From assembly GCA_965116215.1 (NCBI GenBank), contig OZ220494.1, positions 769,863-833,862 of the forward strand: a DNA stretch of 64,000 nucleotides, read 5' to 3'. Source of the DNA: Bdellovibrionales bacterium (GTDB taxonomy: Bacteria > Bdellovibrionota > Bdellovibrionia > Bdellovibrionales > JAKFYE01). Positions 17,455-25,963 of this stretch are shown piece by piece. The stretch's first letter is position 1. The number at the start of each line of letters is the position of its first letter. The notes under the pieces were generated by a model. The model made no database searches. It had not been told where the DNA came from and saw nothing but the letters and a program-made list of their open reading frames with translations. The position numbers and the translations under genes were made by a program.

Positions 17455-18309
17455 ATGAGATTTGAGACCATAAAGGACTGTACCCTCTTTTTTTTACTTT
17501 TTCCCTTTCTCTGTCTTCTTACCGGCTATGTCTTGGGAGAACGACAAGGGCTTATTGCCGGGTGCCTTTTTACATTGATCGTAATGGGCGGAGTCTATTT
17601 CTTCCCAGAGCTTTATATAACAAAGATTTTGCCCTCAACCCTGCTGGAGGGTAGAGATCCGTGGAATCTCAGCGATCAAATCAAGTCCCTGTCGGACAAA
17701 GCTCAGATTAAAAAACCCTCTGTATATATTTTAGATATTGAAGTACCCACCTCTTTTTCTATTTCTCAAATTTCAAAACCCAGTCAAATTTATATTTCAC
17801 AGAGTATCCTTCACTCTTTCTCTCAGAAGGAAGTTCTGGCTATTCTATCATATGAAATTGCACGTATTCGCCTACAAAAAACATTATCCTTTAATTTTGC
17901 AGGATTCGGCTTATTTATATTATACTCTGTGAGTACAGCACTGGACACTCTCCTGACACAGATTATTTTCTTTTATAAAATATTTTTTCAAAAGAGGGGA
18001 AACCAAAGTAAAATCTCTCTATTCCAAAAACTGATCTCACCTTTATCATGTCTTCTATTAAGATTATTTGTCCCTCCATCCACATTTTACAAATCCGACT
18101 CGTTGGCTGCAAAATTAACAGATGATCCAGACACATTAGCCCAAGTCCTTTGGAAATTAAAATCTTATTCAGTTAAGAGGAAGCTCCCCGTCTTACCTCA
18201 GGCAGCTCATTACTTTATTATTCACCCTAATATTCAATCTGCTTGGTCTTTTCACCAACCTACGGTAGAAAGTAGAATTCAAAAACTAATGGGTCAATTC
18301 CCTATATAA
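17455..18309 (+). CDS. HtpX/M48-like membrane protein with substituted zinc-binding motif (probable pseudo-protease)
   Basis: It is collinear with HtpX-type M48 peptidases (PSVYILD...; THP-like HQPTVESRIQKL at the C-terminus). HExxH is replaced by YEIAR, and the downstream Glu ligand region reads FYKSDSLAA. Confidence 0.6.
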   Translation: MRFETIKDCTLFFLLFPFLCLLTGYVLGERQGLIAGCLFTLIVMGGVYFFPELYITKILPSTLLEGRDPWNLSDQIKSLSDKAQIKKPSVYILDIEVPTSFSISQISKPSQIYISQSILHSFSQKEVLAILSYEIARIRLQKTLSFNFAGFGLFILYSVSTALDTLLTQIIFFYKIFFQKRGNQSKISLFQKLISPLSCLLLRLFVPPSTFYKSDSLAAKLTDDPDTLAQVLWKLKSYSVKRKLPVLPQAAHYFIIHPNIQSAWSFHQPTVESRIQKLMGQFPI

Positions 18310-18321
18310 AAAGGAGTTTTT

Positions 18322-18579
18322 ATGGAAGCCTCTCTTTCAACACTTATTTTATCTATTGGATCCTCAGCCGCTATTGCTCTAGGAATAGAAAATAATCCTC
18401 AAACGGGCAAAAAGGAGCAAAATATTCCTGTTGCACAATTTAATATTGACCTCCTGATAAAATTACATGAAAAAACCAAAGGAAATCTAACAGAAGATGA
18501 AAAACAACTATTAGAAAAAATTATTTCAGACCTTCAATTGAAGTTTATCGATGTTCAGAAAAATACAAAGAAAGATTGA
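18322..18579 (+). CDS. DUF1844-family small protein
   Basis: LSIGSSAAIALG...AQFNIDLLIKLHEKTKGNLTEDE matches my recollection of the DUF1844 consensus (IDlL..L..KTkGNL). Confidence 0.6.
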   Translation: MEASLSTLILSIGSSAAIALGIENNPQTGKKEQNIPVAQFNIDLLIKLHEKTKGNLTEDEKQLLEKIISDLQLKFIDVQKNTKKD

Positions 18580-18587
18580 GGAGATAT

Positions 18588-20018
18588 ATGAAAAAAATAT
18601 TAGCCCCTATAGGTATTTCTCTTTTTTTAATCCTTTTAATAACACAACAAACAACCCATGTCTCCAGCTCCTCCAGTGATCCCCTCCCTCAAAACCTCTT
18701 TATTAAGTTAGCTCAAGTTGTCAATCCAGCTGTTGTCAGTGTCTCTATTTCTTTTCAACAGCACACACTGAGCAGGGGATACCCTCAAAATGATCCGTTC
18801 TTTTATTTTCTAGAAGAGTTTTTTGGCCCTAATCCCAATATAAAGAAATATGAGAAAAAACAAAAAGCCAGACCTGTGGGAACAGGATTTATTATTGAGT
18901 CAAATGGATTAGCTGTTACCAACAACCATGTGATTGAAATGGCCGATGAGATTGAAGTTCAACTACAAAAGTATCCTAACAAATCGTTTTCTGCAAAGGT
19001 GATTGGGCGGGATCCAAAAACAGATGTAGCCCTCATACAAATAGAAACAAAGACCCATCTTCCCACACTGAAGTTAGGATCTAGTGAAAAAGTCCAAGTT
19101 GGTGAATGGGTTGCTGCCTTTGGAAACCCCTATGGTCATACATTTTCTATGTCAAAAGGCATTGTATCAGCCAAAGGGCGACATATTGATGAACTCAATA
19201 TTGTTCCCTTTCTTCAAACTGATGCGAGCATTAATCCTGGTAACTCAGGTGGCCCCCTTGTGAATACACATGGACAAGTCATTGGTGTGAATACGGCCAT
19301 TGATGCTCGCGCACAAGGAATTGGATTTGCTATTCCCATTGATTATGTTAAAGAGCTTATCCCTCAACTGAAGAAATTTGGTAGAGTTCGACGTGGTCAT
19401 ATAGGAGTCTCTGTAAATAATGTTAATCCAAGAGTTCAATCTGCACTGGGATTACCTGTAGATTATGGAACTGTTATTATGGATATTTCCCCCCATAGTC
19501 CTGCTGAAAAATCTGGTTTAAAGCCCTATGATGTTATTGTAAAATTTAATAATAAAAAAATTGAAAATTTTCATGATCTCAGCAACACCGTTGCCGTCAC
19601 TCCTGTTGGAAAAGAAGTGCCCATTACCATCTTCCGCGAGGGTGTGAAAAGAACTCTCAGGATTAAAGTGGGCGAAAATCAGATAGAAGTTATTGCAAAA
19701 GAGTCTCGAGAAAACAGAAGACCTAAAAAGAAAAATGGGCTAATAGCTCAGGCTGGCTTAAAAATTATTAATTTCAACCATAGAGAGGCCAATAGGTATC
19801 GTCTCCCTAAAACGATTCCTCGACGGCCCATTGTTATTGATGTGATGAGTAACAGTCCGGCGGCTCGCTCTGGAATAAGAAGAGGCGATGTTATTTTAGA
19901 CGTAAATAAGAAAGCTGTAAAATCTGTATCTCATATCTCAAAACAACTACGCAAGGGCTTGAATATGTTAAAGGTACAAAACGCAAAAAGAGTCAGTTTA
20001 ATATTTATGACCATTTAA
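18588..20018 (+). CDS. htrA: HtrA/DegP-family periplasmic serine protease with two PDZ domains
   Basis: It has the catalytic motifs TNNHVI, DVALIQ and GNSGGPLV, plus two PDZ-like regions. I placed the start at ATG 18588, after GAGGAG, rather than TTG 18576. Confidence 0.9.
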   Translation: MKKILAPIGISLFLILLITQQTTHVSSSSSDPLPQNLFIKLAQVVNPAVVSVSISFQQHTLSRGYPQNDPFFYFLEEFFGPNPNIKKYEKKQKARPVGTGFIIESNGLAVTNNHVIEMADEIEVQLQKYPNKSFSAKVIGRDPKTDVALIQIETKTHLPTLKLGSSEKVQVGEWVAAFGNPYGHTFSMSKGIVSAKGRHIDELNIVPFLQTDASINPGNSGGPLVNTHGQVIGVNTAIDARAQGIGFAIPIDYVKELIPQLKKFGRVRRGHIGVSVNNVNPRVQSALGLPVDYGTVIMDISPHSPAEKSGLKPYDVIVKFNNKKIENFHDLSNTVAVTPVGKEVPITIFREGVKRTLRIKVGENQIEVIAKESRENRRPKKKNGLIAQAGLKIINFNHREANRYRLPKTIPRRPIVIDVMSNSPAARSGIRRGDVILDVNKKAVKSVSHISKQLRKGLNMLKVQNAKRVSLIFMTI

Positions 20019-20324
20019 ACCTCATTAAGAAAGATTGGGGCTGTTGCTGGGAAGGCGGAGTCTATTAGATTTTAAAGATCCGAGTAAGATTTTTGAAAAA
20101 CAACCTATGGGGCCCAATGATTTCGAGAGCTTATACCTTGTGACACCAACTTGATACAATGAAAAGAATATTTTAGAAATTATCTCTTATAGACTCATTT
20201 ATAACCTTGATAATACCAAAGTGAGCTGTAGCTTAAACGGCTTGAAAAGACTCAAGTTTTTCCTGTAATTAGCCGTTAGTAGTGTTAGCCATATTTAAAA
20301 ACTTACGGGAGAGGTCTATAAAAT

Positions 20325-20621
20325 ATGAAAATCACAGATATAAGAGTATTTCCAGTGAATGAGCAACGATTAAAAGCCTATGTCTCTATTACTTTAAATG
20401 ATTGTTTTGTCATCCGAGATTTAAAAATTATTAATGGAACTCATGGTCTTTTTGTTTCTATGCCCAGTAAGAAAAATAAAGCTGGACGATTTAAAGATGT
20501 TGCACACCCACTCAACAGTGAAACACGAAATATGATTGAGAGTGCCGTTTTTAAAGTTTATAAAAAAGAGCTAAAATCCTTGAATAAAAAATACCATCAT
20601 CACGAGCGAAAAGTCGCTTAG
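20325..20621 (+). CDS. spoVG: SpoVG-family protein
   Basis: MKITDIRVFPVNEQRLKAYVSITLNDCFVIRDLKIINGTHGLFVSMPS is the canonical SpoVG N-terminus. Confidence 0.9.
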   Translation: MKITDIRVFPVNEQRLKAYVSITLNDCFVIRDLKIINGTHGLFVSMPSKKNKAGRFKDVAHPLNSETRNMIESAVFKVYKKELKSLNKKYHHHERKVA

Positions 20622-20900
20622 TGTTTTATTATCAATACACAATATAACCTAAAATCTCTCTCTATAAGTGTGGCTGTCTTTATGAGGGTCTACCCCCACT
20701 CAGTCATTCCATTTTTAAGAGCCCAATTTGTTCACAGGTAGATCTTTAGGTATAAAAGAACCTATCATTTCTTTGGGCCCATCACTGGCACTGACAGAGC
20801 GTGTAAAACACTGTGTTTTCCTACTTTTACACTGCACCTGACAGGGCTGTTGAGTCAGTGAGATGAGATACTTTTTTCCATCCCTATTTTTAGTGACTTA

Positions 20901-20930
20901 TTGATTTGACCAATCTCTTAGTGTTAGATT
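20901..20930 (+). promoter_or_regulatory. Candidate sigma70-type promoter for tRNA-Gln
   Basis: TTGATT, then 18 nt, then TGtTAGATT (extended -10 TG). It ends about 17 nt before the tRNA 5' end. This rests on pattern match only. Confidence 0.3.
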
Positions 20931-20946
20931 TTTTTCTGAACTTGTT

Positions 20947-21021
20947 TGGGGTGTCGACAAGTGGTAAGTCAACGGATTTTGATTCCGTCATTCGCAGGTT
21001 CGAATCCTGCCACCCCATCCA
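20947..21021 (+). tRNA. tRNA-Gln (anticodon UUG), CCA encoded
   Basis: The acceptor stem is TGGGGTG/CACCCCA and the anticodon stem is ACGGA/TCCGT with loop TT-TTG-AT. The T-arm is GCAGG-TTCGAAT-CCTGC and the 3' end is TCCA. It is collinear with E. coli tRNA-Gln. Confidence 0.9.
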
Positions 21022-21132
21022 ACAAACTAATAATTCTATTTGATGAAACAGATTATTTTTAAAATGATGGTTGCACATCATGTCGCAATGGATACATTCA
21101 TAAAAATGTATTTTTCAACTATGAAGTAACAA

Positions 21133-21156
21133 TACTCTAGAACCGAACCAGCAAAC
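21133..21156. repeat. Direct repeat copy 1 (remnant of outer-membrane gene 3' end)
   Basis: TACTCTAGAACCGAACCAGCAAAC matches 22314-22337 at 23 of 24 positions. On the minus strand it reads ..SLLVRF-stop, preceded by an in-frame stop. Confidence 0.8.
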
Positions 21157-21278
21157 TTCAAAATCATTAACAACTGTTTACTCTTAATAAATTTGATCTA
21201 AGGCAGAGTATGCCAACTCGAAGTTTGAGTTCATCTGAAAAAATAGTCTGATGCTTTTCAAGTTTTTAGATAAAAAAA

Positions 21279-21911
21279 TCACAGCCAGTCATCTGGTTTA
21301 CTAAAGGAACCTTTTATGTCTTTAAGAATGGGTGGAAACTGACTCACTTCCAATGCTCCTTTTCGGACCTGTTTTTTCTGATTTGCCAACTGCGCTAAAC
21401 GGCTAGAGAATGTTTTCTGTGGATTTAAAAGGCATATTTTTTTCTTTAACTCTGCCTTTACAATTCTCACTGGTTCATACAAGTCAGAGTCATTCGTAAC
21501 AATGATAGCACAGTCCATTTTATTTCTAAAAGCGTCGACTAATAAATATGAGGCAAAGTTTACATCTGAACCTTTTTCTTCATCTTTTATCACATTAACA
21601 AATTTAGGGTTTTCAGGGTCTGTGTCTGCTTTCATCATTTTCTTTTTGCTCTGCATAAAGTGTCCTAGATGATACTTAATCTGAGGAACTGTTCTCAAGG
21701 CACGTAAATAAAAAGACTGCCTTTTAACAATGTAAGGATCATTTACTCTTGGCTTGCACCTAGCAGTAAAAAACCTAAGCAAGTCAATCTCATACTTAGA
21801 TGGATCAAAGTACTGGTGAACAAGAGACAATGGATTCAGCCATTTAAGTTCTGTACCTTTCAAGGAACCGTAATAAAGGTTGAAACCGTCTATATAGGCT
21901 CGGGTTCTCAA
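21279..21911 (-). CDS. NYN-domain (PIN-like nuclease fold) protein
   Basis: MRTRAYIDGFNLYYGSLKG...KGSDVNFASYLLVDAF...DCAIIVTNDSDLYEPV matches the NYN/LabA-like signature (YIDGfNLYy; D-x-D acidic cluster). The start is TTG with AGGAG 8 nt upstream. Confidence 0.75.
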   Translation of the reverse strand: MRTRAYIDGFNLYYGSLKGTELKWLNPLSLVHQYFDPSKYEIDLLRFFTARCKPRVNDPYIVKRQSFYLRALRTVPQIKYHLGHFMQSKKKMMKADTDPENPKFVNVIKDEEKGSDVNFASYLLVDAFRNKMDCAIIVTNDSDLYEPVRIVKAELKKKICLLNPQKTFSSRLAQLANQKKQVRKGALEVSQFPPILKDIKGSFSKPDDWL

Positions 21912-21925
21912 AAGAATGCTCCTTT

Positions 21926-21953
21926 AAAAAACAAAGGCCGCCGAAGCGACCTT
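21926..21953 (-). terminator. Intrinsic terminator (UUCG tetraloop hairpin plus U-tract)
   Basis: The minus strand reads AAGGTCGC-TTCG-GCGGCCTT-TGTTTTTT, an 8-bp stem with one G-U pair. It lies immediately upstream of the NYN gene ribosome-binding site. Confidence 0.7.
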
Positions 21954-22062
21954 GTAACATACCATGTGAGGCATGCGGAATTAACTAAGTTATCGGCTAT
22001 TACAAAGAAAAAATCAAATCCAATCTTTTTCAAACCGCCAATGAGGCTCTTCCTTCCTCGAT

Positions 22063-22092
22063 GTCACTCACTAAGTGACAATTTTTGTTTTT
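22063..22092 (+). terminator. Plus-strand hairpin plus T-tract (terminator-like)
   Basis: GTCACT-CACTA-AGTGAC followed by AATTTTTGTTTTT. No annotated plus-strand gene ends here. Confidence 0.4.
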
Positions 22093-22258
22093 AAACAGTC
22101 AGTGAAGATTTTCATTTCTTGAGAAATATGTTGATCTCATAAAGCCAAAGCAACATTTTTATAACAATAGAGCAGCTTTTTCCATTTTATATCAGAATCA
22201 GTCACAAATAGGATCAATCATCACTCCTATTTTTTTAAATCTATTATGACTTCTAGAC

Positions 22259-22296
22259 CAAGAAGACAAATCTTGTGAAAAGTTAAATCACAAGAT
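22259..22296 (-). terminator. Hairpin downstream of the outer-membrane lipoprotein gene
   Basis: The minus strand reads ATCTTGTGA-(9 nt)-TCACAAGAT followed by TTGTCTTCTT. It lies 22 nt after the stop at 22318. Confidence 0.45.
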
Positions 22297-22313
22297 TATA
22301 AACCAAAAAGTAT

Positions 22314-22337
22314 TACTCTAGAACCGAACCAACAAAC
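22314..22337. repeat. Direct repeat copy 2 (authentic 3' end of gene 22318..22983)
   Basis: TACTCTAGAACCGAACCAACAAAC. It covers the last 6 codons (LLVRF), the stop and 4 nt downstream. Confidence 0.8.
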
Positions 22338-22983
22338 CCGCCCCGGGAAGAACAAGATGAGGATCATCTAAGAAATCAAGGTAGATATAATGTGCGAAAA
22401 GGTTTATTCCAACATCCCTTAAAACCCACACATTAAGCCCTAAAGTGGCCACACCATAGTCGTAAGAACCCTTCTTACATGTATCGCCAATAACCTCATC
22501 GATAAGAGTTTCAAAAAAATTCTTAAAAGGGTTATCTTTATCTACTTTTGTTGATCCCCTTTTTGCCTTTTCACATCCATTCTTACCCCAATATACAAAA
22601 CGATAGCTACCCACCAAATAAGGCTCAAAAGCACCACTTTTATAACTCAAAACGGGGCCGCCATGCCCGCCCTGTTGATAAGGAGATTCAAGAGTCCTAA
22701 AGCCCTCCAAATATCCCGCAAAGGAAAACCCCTTTTCTTTGTTATTAACAAAGGCATACTGAGTGCGAAGCCCTGCCACAGATGCACTTGTCGCTTCCAA
22801 TGTTAAACCTAAATTAAAATTTTCACCAAAACCTCGAGTCAGTGAGAAATTATGTGGAAATAACCCTCCTTGAAGCTGCCAATTTCCATTTCCTAATGTC
22901 CGTGCAGAATGAGGACTGACCGCTGGCAAAGCACAAGAAGTGAGAAGAAAAAAACTCAACAAAAATAAACTTCTAACTAACAC
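22318..22983 (-). CDS. Putative outer-membrane beta-barrel lipoprotein
   Basis: It has a signal peptide with lipobox LLTSC, alternating-hydrophobicity strands, and C-terminal LLVRF ending in Phe. The start is GTG, directly after a G9 tract. Confidence 0.55.
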   Translation of the reverse strand: MLVRSLFLLSFFLLTSCALPAVSPHSARTLGNGNWQLQGGLFPHNFSLTRGFGENFNLGLTLEATSASVAGLRTQYAFVNNKEKGFSFAGYLEGFRTLESPYQQGGHGGPVLSYKSGAFEPYLVGSYRFVYWGKNGCEKAKRGSTKVDKDNPFKNFFETLIDEVIGDTCKKGSYDYGVATLGLNVWVLRDVGINLFAHYIYLDFLDDPHLVLPGAGLLVRF

Positions 22984-22988
22984 AACGA

Positions 22989-22997
22989 CCCCCCCCC
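22989..22997 (-). repeat. Homopolymeric G9 tract (C9 on plus strand) in the 5' leader of the lipoprotein gene
   Basis: The minus strand reads caATGGGGGGGGGtcgttGTGttagtt. The tract follows an ATG that is out of frame with the ORF by one nucleotite-length step, so a run shorter by one G would restore the frame. Confidence 0.9.
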
Positions 22998-23108
22998 ATT
23001 GATAAAAACAAGTTTAATATAGATATGTGTATATGCAACTACTTTTGATTTATGAACACTCAAATGAGACACTCATTTAGATATTAAAACAAAATGACCC
23101 ATTCACTT

Positions 23109-23816
23109 TTAGAGCTGAAAAGATACTCCCGCAGCAATATACTCACCATCAAACTCTCCCTTCGAAAGCAGACTCAGATGATTTTTTATCCCTCCCTCAA
23201 GAAAAAAACCCCATCCCTCATAGGAAGAAAATAATTTATCAAACTTCAAACCAAGAGAGACTTGATATTCAAAAGTAAATGCTGATTCATTCTTAGGGGC
23301 ATTAAACATAATACCTAAACCCACACCCAAACCAAAATATATGGGAAACTCATCCGTCCACTCAGGGTAAAAAAGCATAGGAAGAGCTGCTAGCTTTACA
23401 GGCTGTCGTTCCCCAACTCGATACGTTGTAAACTCCGTACGAATGGCAACATCACCAATCCACTCACTAGGCCCTCTGAAGTGAGTCAAACCAAAATTAA
23501 ACCGACCCATATCTTCAGCTCTACCATCTGAACCCCAACTATGAGACGTGCTGTTAAGAAATCCACTCATATGAATATGATTTTTAGTCCTCCGATCCAC
23601 TGGCATGTCATCATAAGGAGCCGCTACATAAGATCCATCATAGGTATTTTCTGCATAAACTTGAGACGATAAAGTCGAAGATTCTGCCTTTTCGTTCAAA
23701 ACCGTGGATTCAGATGAAACCGCTGATGACCGCATTTCATCACCGTCCACTCGACAAACAAAAGTCATAATAAACAACAAAAAAACAAATTGGACTCTCA
23801 TGAATACCCTCCCCAA
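23109..23816 (-). CDS. Putative outer-membrane beta-barrel protein
   Basis: It has a signal peptide (FVFLLFIMTFVCRVDG), beta-strand-like alternation, and a C-terminal strand YIAAGVSFQL. I recognise no specific family. Confidence 0.45.
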   Translation of the reverse strand: MGRVFMRVQFVFLLFIMTFVCRVDGDEMRSSAVSSESTVLNEKAESSTLSSQVYAENTYDGSYVAAPYDDMPVDRRTKNHIHMSGFLNSTSHSWGSDGRAEDMGRFNFGLTHFRGPSEWIGDVAIRTEFTTYRVGERQPVKLAALPMLFYPEWTDEFPIYFGLGVGLGIMFNAPKNESAFTFEYQVSLGLKFDKLFSSYEGWGFFLEGGIKNHLSLLSKGEFDGEYIAAGVSFQL

Positions 23817-24247
23817 TATCTTATCTTTCTCAAGTTTAGCAAAACCCTCCCGATCAAAGAAAAGAAATATTTCCCAAAAACTATAAAGAACATAACCCGA
23901 CCCAATATTCTGCCAAGAAAGGGAAGAAAATAAATATTTACAAAATAAAAATCATGGAGCCCATGTGGTTTCTTTGATTTCTAGAACAGAGATTTAATAA
24001 TATAACTAACTAATATCACTTTATTTTTTAATAATCCCAGATAAAAAATATAGTCTTTTTTAAAATTCTATCAATAAAAGACAAAGAGGATCAGCGCAGC
24101 GCATTGATTATAATGGAAAATTTCTATTTCCTCTCTATTCATATTCAAGTCATGACACTCTCCAAAAGTTGGAGGCGTTCTACAATTATAAAATCCTCTA
24201 TCCCTACTCAATTCACGGTCCTTTTCCAAAAGGTCATTTGAGATACT

Positions 24248-25162
24248 TTAAAGATGACCGTATAAAAGATAGAGCCGTTCCATATCAAGAGGGCTCAATG
24301 CATTTCTTGTGGGTTCTATTTTTGTGTGTGTCTTCGACCTCATTGTATTCATATCCGAGCCTTTGGCAAAAGTATTCGGTCGATAAATCATAATAGAGTT
24401 ATAATCAAACACAAAAGGAGGGCCTCTATAATGTTCTACCCATTCTACTGGCACAACAGAAAACTGCGGCTTAAACTCATCTCTAATATTATCCCATAAA
24501 ACCTCTATCCAATTATCTCTTTCTGGACGAGATTGTTCATGAATAAAACCAAGAGCATGCATCACTTCATGCACAATTTCCCGAAATTCACACTGATCTG
24601 ATAATACAATAGGCTGATGTCCCCCTCGTCTCCCCAAATAGGAATAACAATGCTCTTCTCCTGAGACAAAAAATATTCCATCCTCTTCCCCCTCCCAAGG
24701 CACAAGTCGTATAGGTGTGTGCAAATTAAAATACTCAACCACAGCATCAATTCTCTCTGGTCGAGGGAAGTCTCTATGAATACCGTAGGGGATCAGAGAT
24801 GTCGGCCAAAGAAGATCTTTTTTTTCTTTCACCAGATAGACACCTCTCTGTCCATCCCTAGCTCCTTTAACTTCTCCCAAAAGAATATCACCAAAAGCAA
24901 TAGCTTGCCCCTTAACTACCCTATAATCCACATGCTGTCTTTTACTCTCCCTATAAATTTCCTCTTTCGGAACATCAGGAAAACTAGAATCCTCTTGCTG
25001 ATGTACAATCACCTGCTGCAAATAGCCCTCATTATACTTCTTTTCTTGATCCTTATTCTTCTCAACAACTTCTAATACAGGCTCTGTTGACGGCACATTT
25101 GTCCGACTTACCCACCAGAAGACAAATATGAAAATAACCAAAGCTGACAAGTATTTGTTCAT
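24248..25162 (-). CDS. Astacin-family (M12A) zinc metalloprotease
   Basis: It has the extended zinc motif HEVMHALGFIHEQSRPERD (HExxHxxGxxHE) and the Met-turn YDYNSIMIY. An N-terminal signal/anchor is present. The start is 4 nt after the upstream gene stop. Confidence 0.9.
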   Translation of the reverse strand: MNKYLSALVIFIFVFWWVSRTNVPSTEPVLEVVEKNKDQEKKYNEGYLQQVIVHQQEDSSFPDVPKEEIYRESKRQHVDYRVVKGQAIAFGDILLGEVKGARDGQRGVYLVKEKKDLLWPTSLIPYGIHRDFPRPERIDAVVEYFNLHTPIRLVPWEGEEDGIFFVSGEEHCYSYLGRRGGHQPIVLSDQCEFREIVHEVMHALGFIHEQSRPERDNWIEVLWDNIRDEFKPQFSVVPVEWVEHYRGPPFVFDYNSIMIYRPNTFAKGSDMNTMRSKTHTKIEPTRNALSPLDMERLYLLYGHL

Positions 25163-25166
25163 AAAA

Positions 25167-25946
25167 TTACGAAAGATGTTTATAGAGCCAAATATTTCGC
25201 TTGAGGGATGAATACAATGAACCTAAAGCAATTAATATCAAAGTCCCCAGCATCAATAGAAAACGAGGTTTTTCATCAAAAGAAGGCTCTGTATAAAATG
25301 CAAAAAAAGGGGAAAAAACAGCCGCAATACTAATATAGGCCGCTCTTTCTCCTCTCCTCATCACGCCACGAGGTAGCCCCTTAACATGTAAAGCTTCACT
25401 CTTTGCTGTTGTATAACTTGTCATCACAGCACCTAAAAGCATTGCAAAAATCACTATTAAGGCCAACCCGTCATCCCTATAATAATAAATAAGCCCAAAC
25501 CCTACAGCCATTTCACAAATGCGATCTACTATAGAATCTAAAACAACACCTGATAATGTCCGCTTGCCAATAGCACGAGCCACACGACCATCTAAAGCAT
25601 CCATCAAACCACTCAAAATCCCCATGCAACCCGCTTCAAAAAAATAACCCAATCCGAAAAAAACACCAGAAATTAACCCAAAAACCAAACATACCAAAGA
25701 AATGATATTCGGAGATATTCCCCTATTCACACAAACATGTGTTAGAGGATTCATCACCCAATATCCAAACTCCATAAAATGTTTACCAAGAAAAACACTA
25801 CCACCATCTTGTTCAATACGTTCACTAAACACACGTCTTAAAACACGATGCCTAACAAAGAATATAAGAAATAATCCAAAGGTAAAAATCAGTCCATAAA
25901 TACTTAAAAATTCAACTTTATAAAACATAGTGTCCTTAAATAACAT
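25167..25946 (-). CDS. CDP-alcohol phosphatidyltransferase (phosphatidylinositol-phosphate synthase-like)
   Basis: It has the signature DALDGRVARAIGKRTLSGVVLDSIVDRICE (D-x2-DG-x2-AR-x8-G-x3-D-x3-D) and is polytopic. It is adjacent to a MIPS gene. Confidence 0.8.
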   Translation of the reverse strand: MLFKDTMFYKVEFLSIYGLIFTFGLFLIFFVRHRVLRRVFSERIEQDGGSVFLGKHFMEFGYWVMNPLTHVCVNRGISPNIISLVCLVFGLISGVFFGLGYFFEAGCMGILSGLMDALDGRVARAIGKRTLSGVVLDSIVDRICEMAVGFGLIYYYRDDGLALIVIFAMLLGAVMTSYTTAKSEALHVKGLPRGVMRRGERAAYISIAAVFSPFFAFYTEPSFDEKPRFLLMLGTLILIALGSLYSSLKRNIWLYKHLS

Positions 25947-25963
25947 ATATTAATAATAACACT

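Noticed and set aside
20019-20324. Possible small RNA (SRP, 6S or a leader) in the 300-nt gap before spoVG, and dyad symmetries at 20790-20850 before tRNA-Gln
   Set aside because: No conserved SRP, 6S or riboswitch motifs can be identified by eye. The hairpins are short and AT-rich. This is not supportable without covariance-model searches.
21816-22094. 92-aa plus-strand ORF overlapping the NYN gene start
   Set aside because: It overlaps the NYN coding region and ribosome-binding site in antisense. It also runs through the UUCG terminator hairpin and has no recognisable motif or Shine-Dalgarno sequence.
21022-25162. Classical tRNA-linked genomic island
   Set aside because: There is no integrase and no repeat of the tRNA 3' end. 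The outer-membrane, astacin and inositol genes show no mobile-element hallmarks. Only the 1.2-kb NYN cassette has repeat boundaries.
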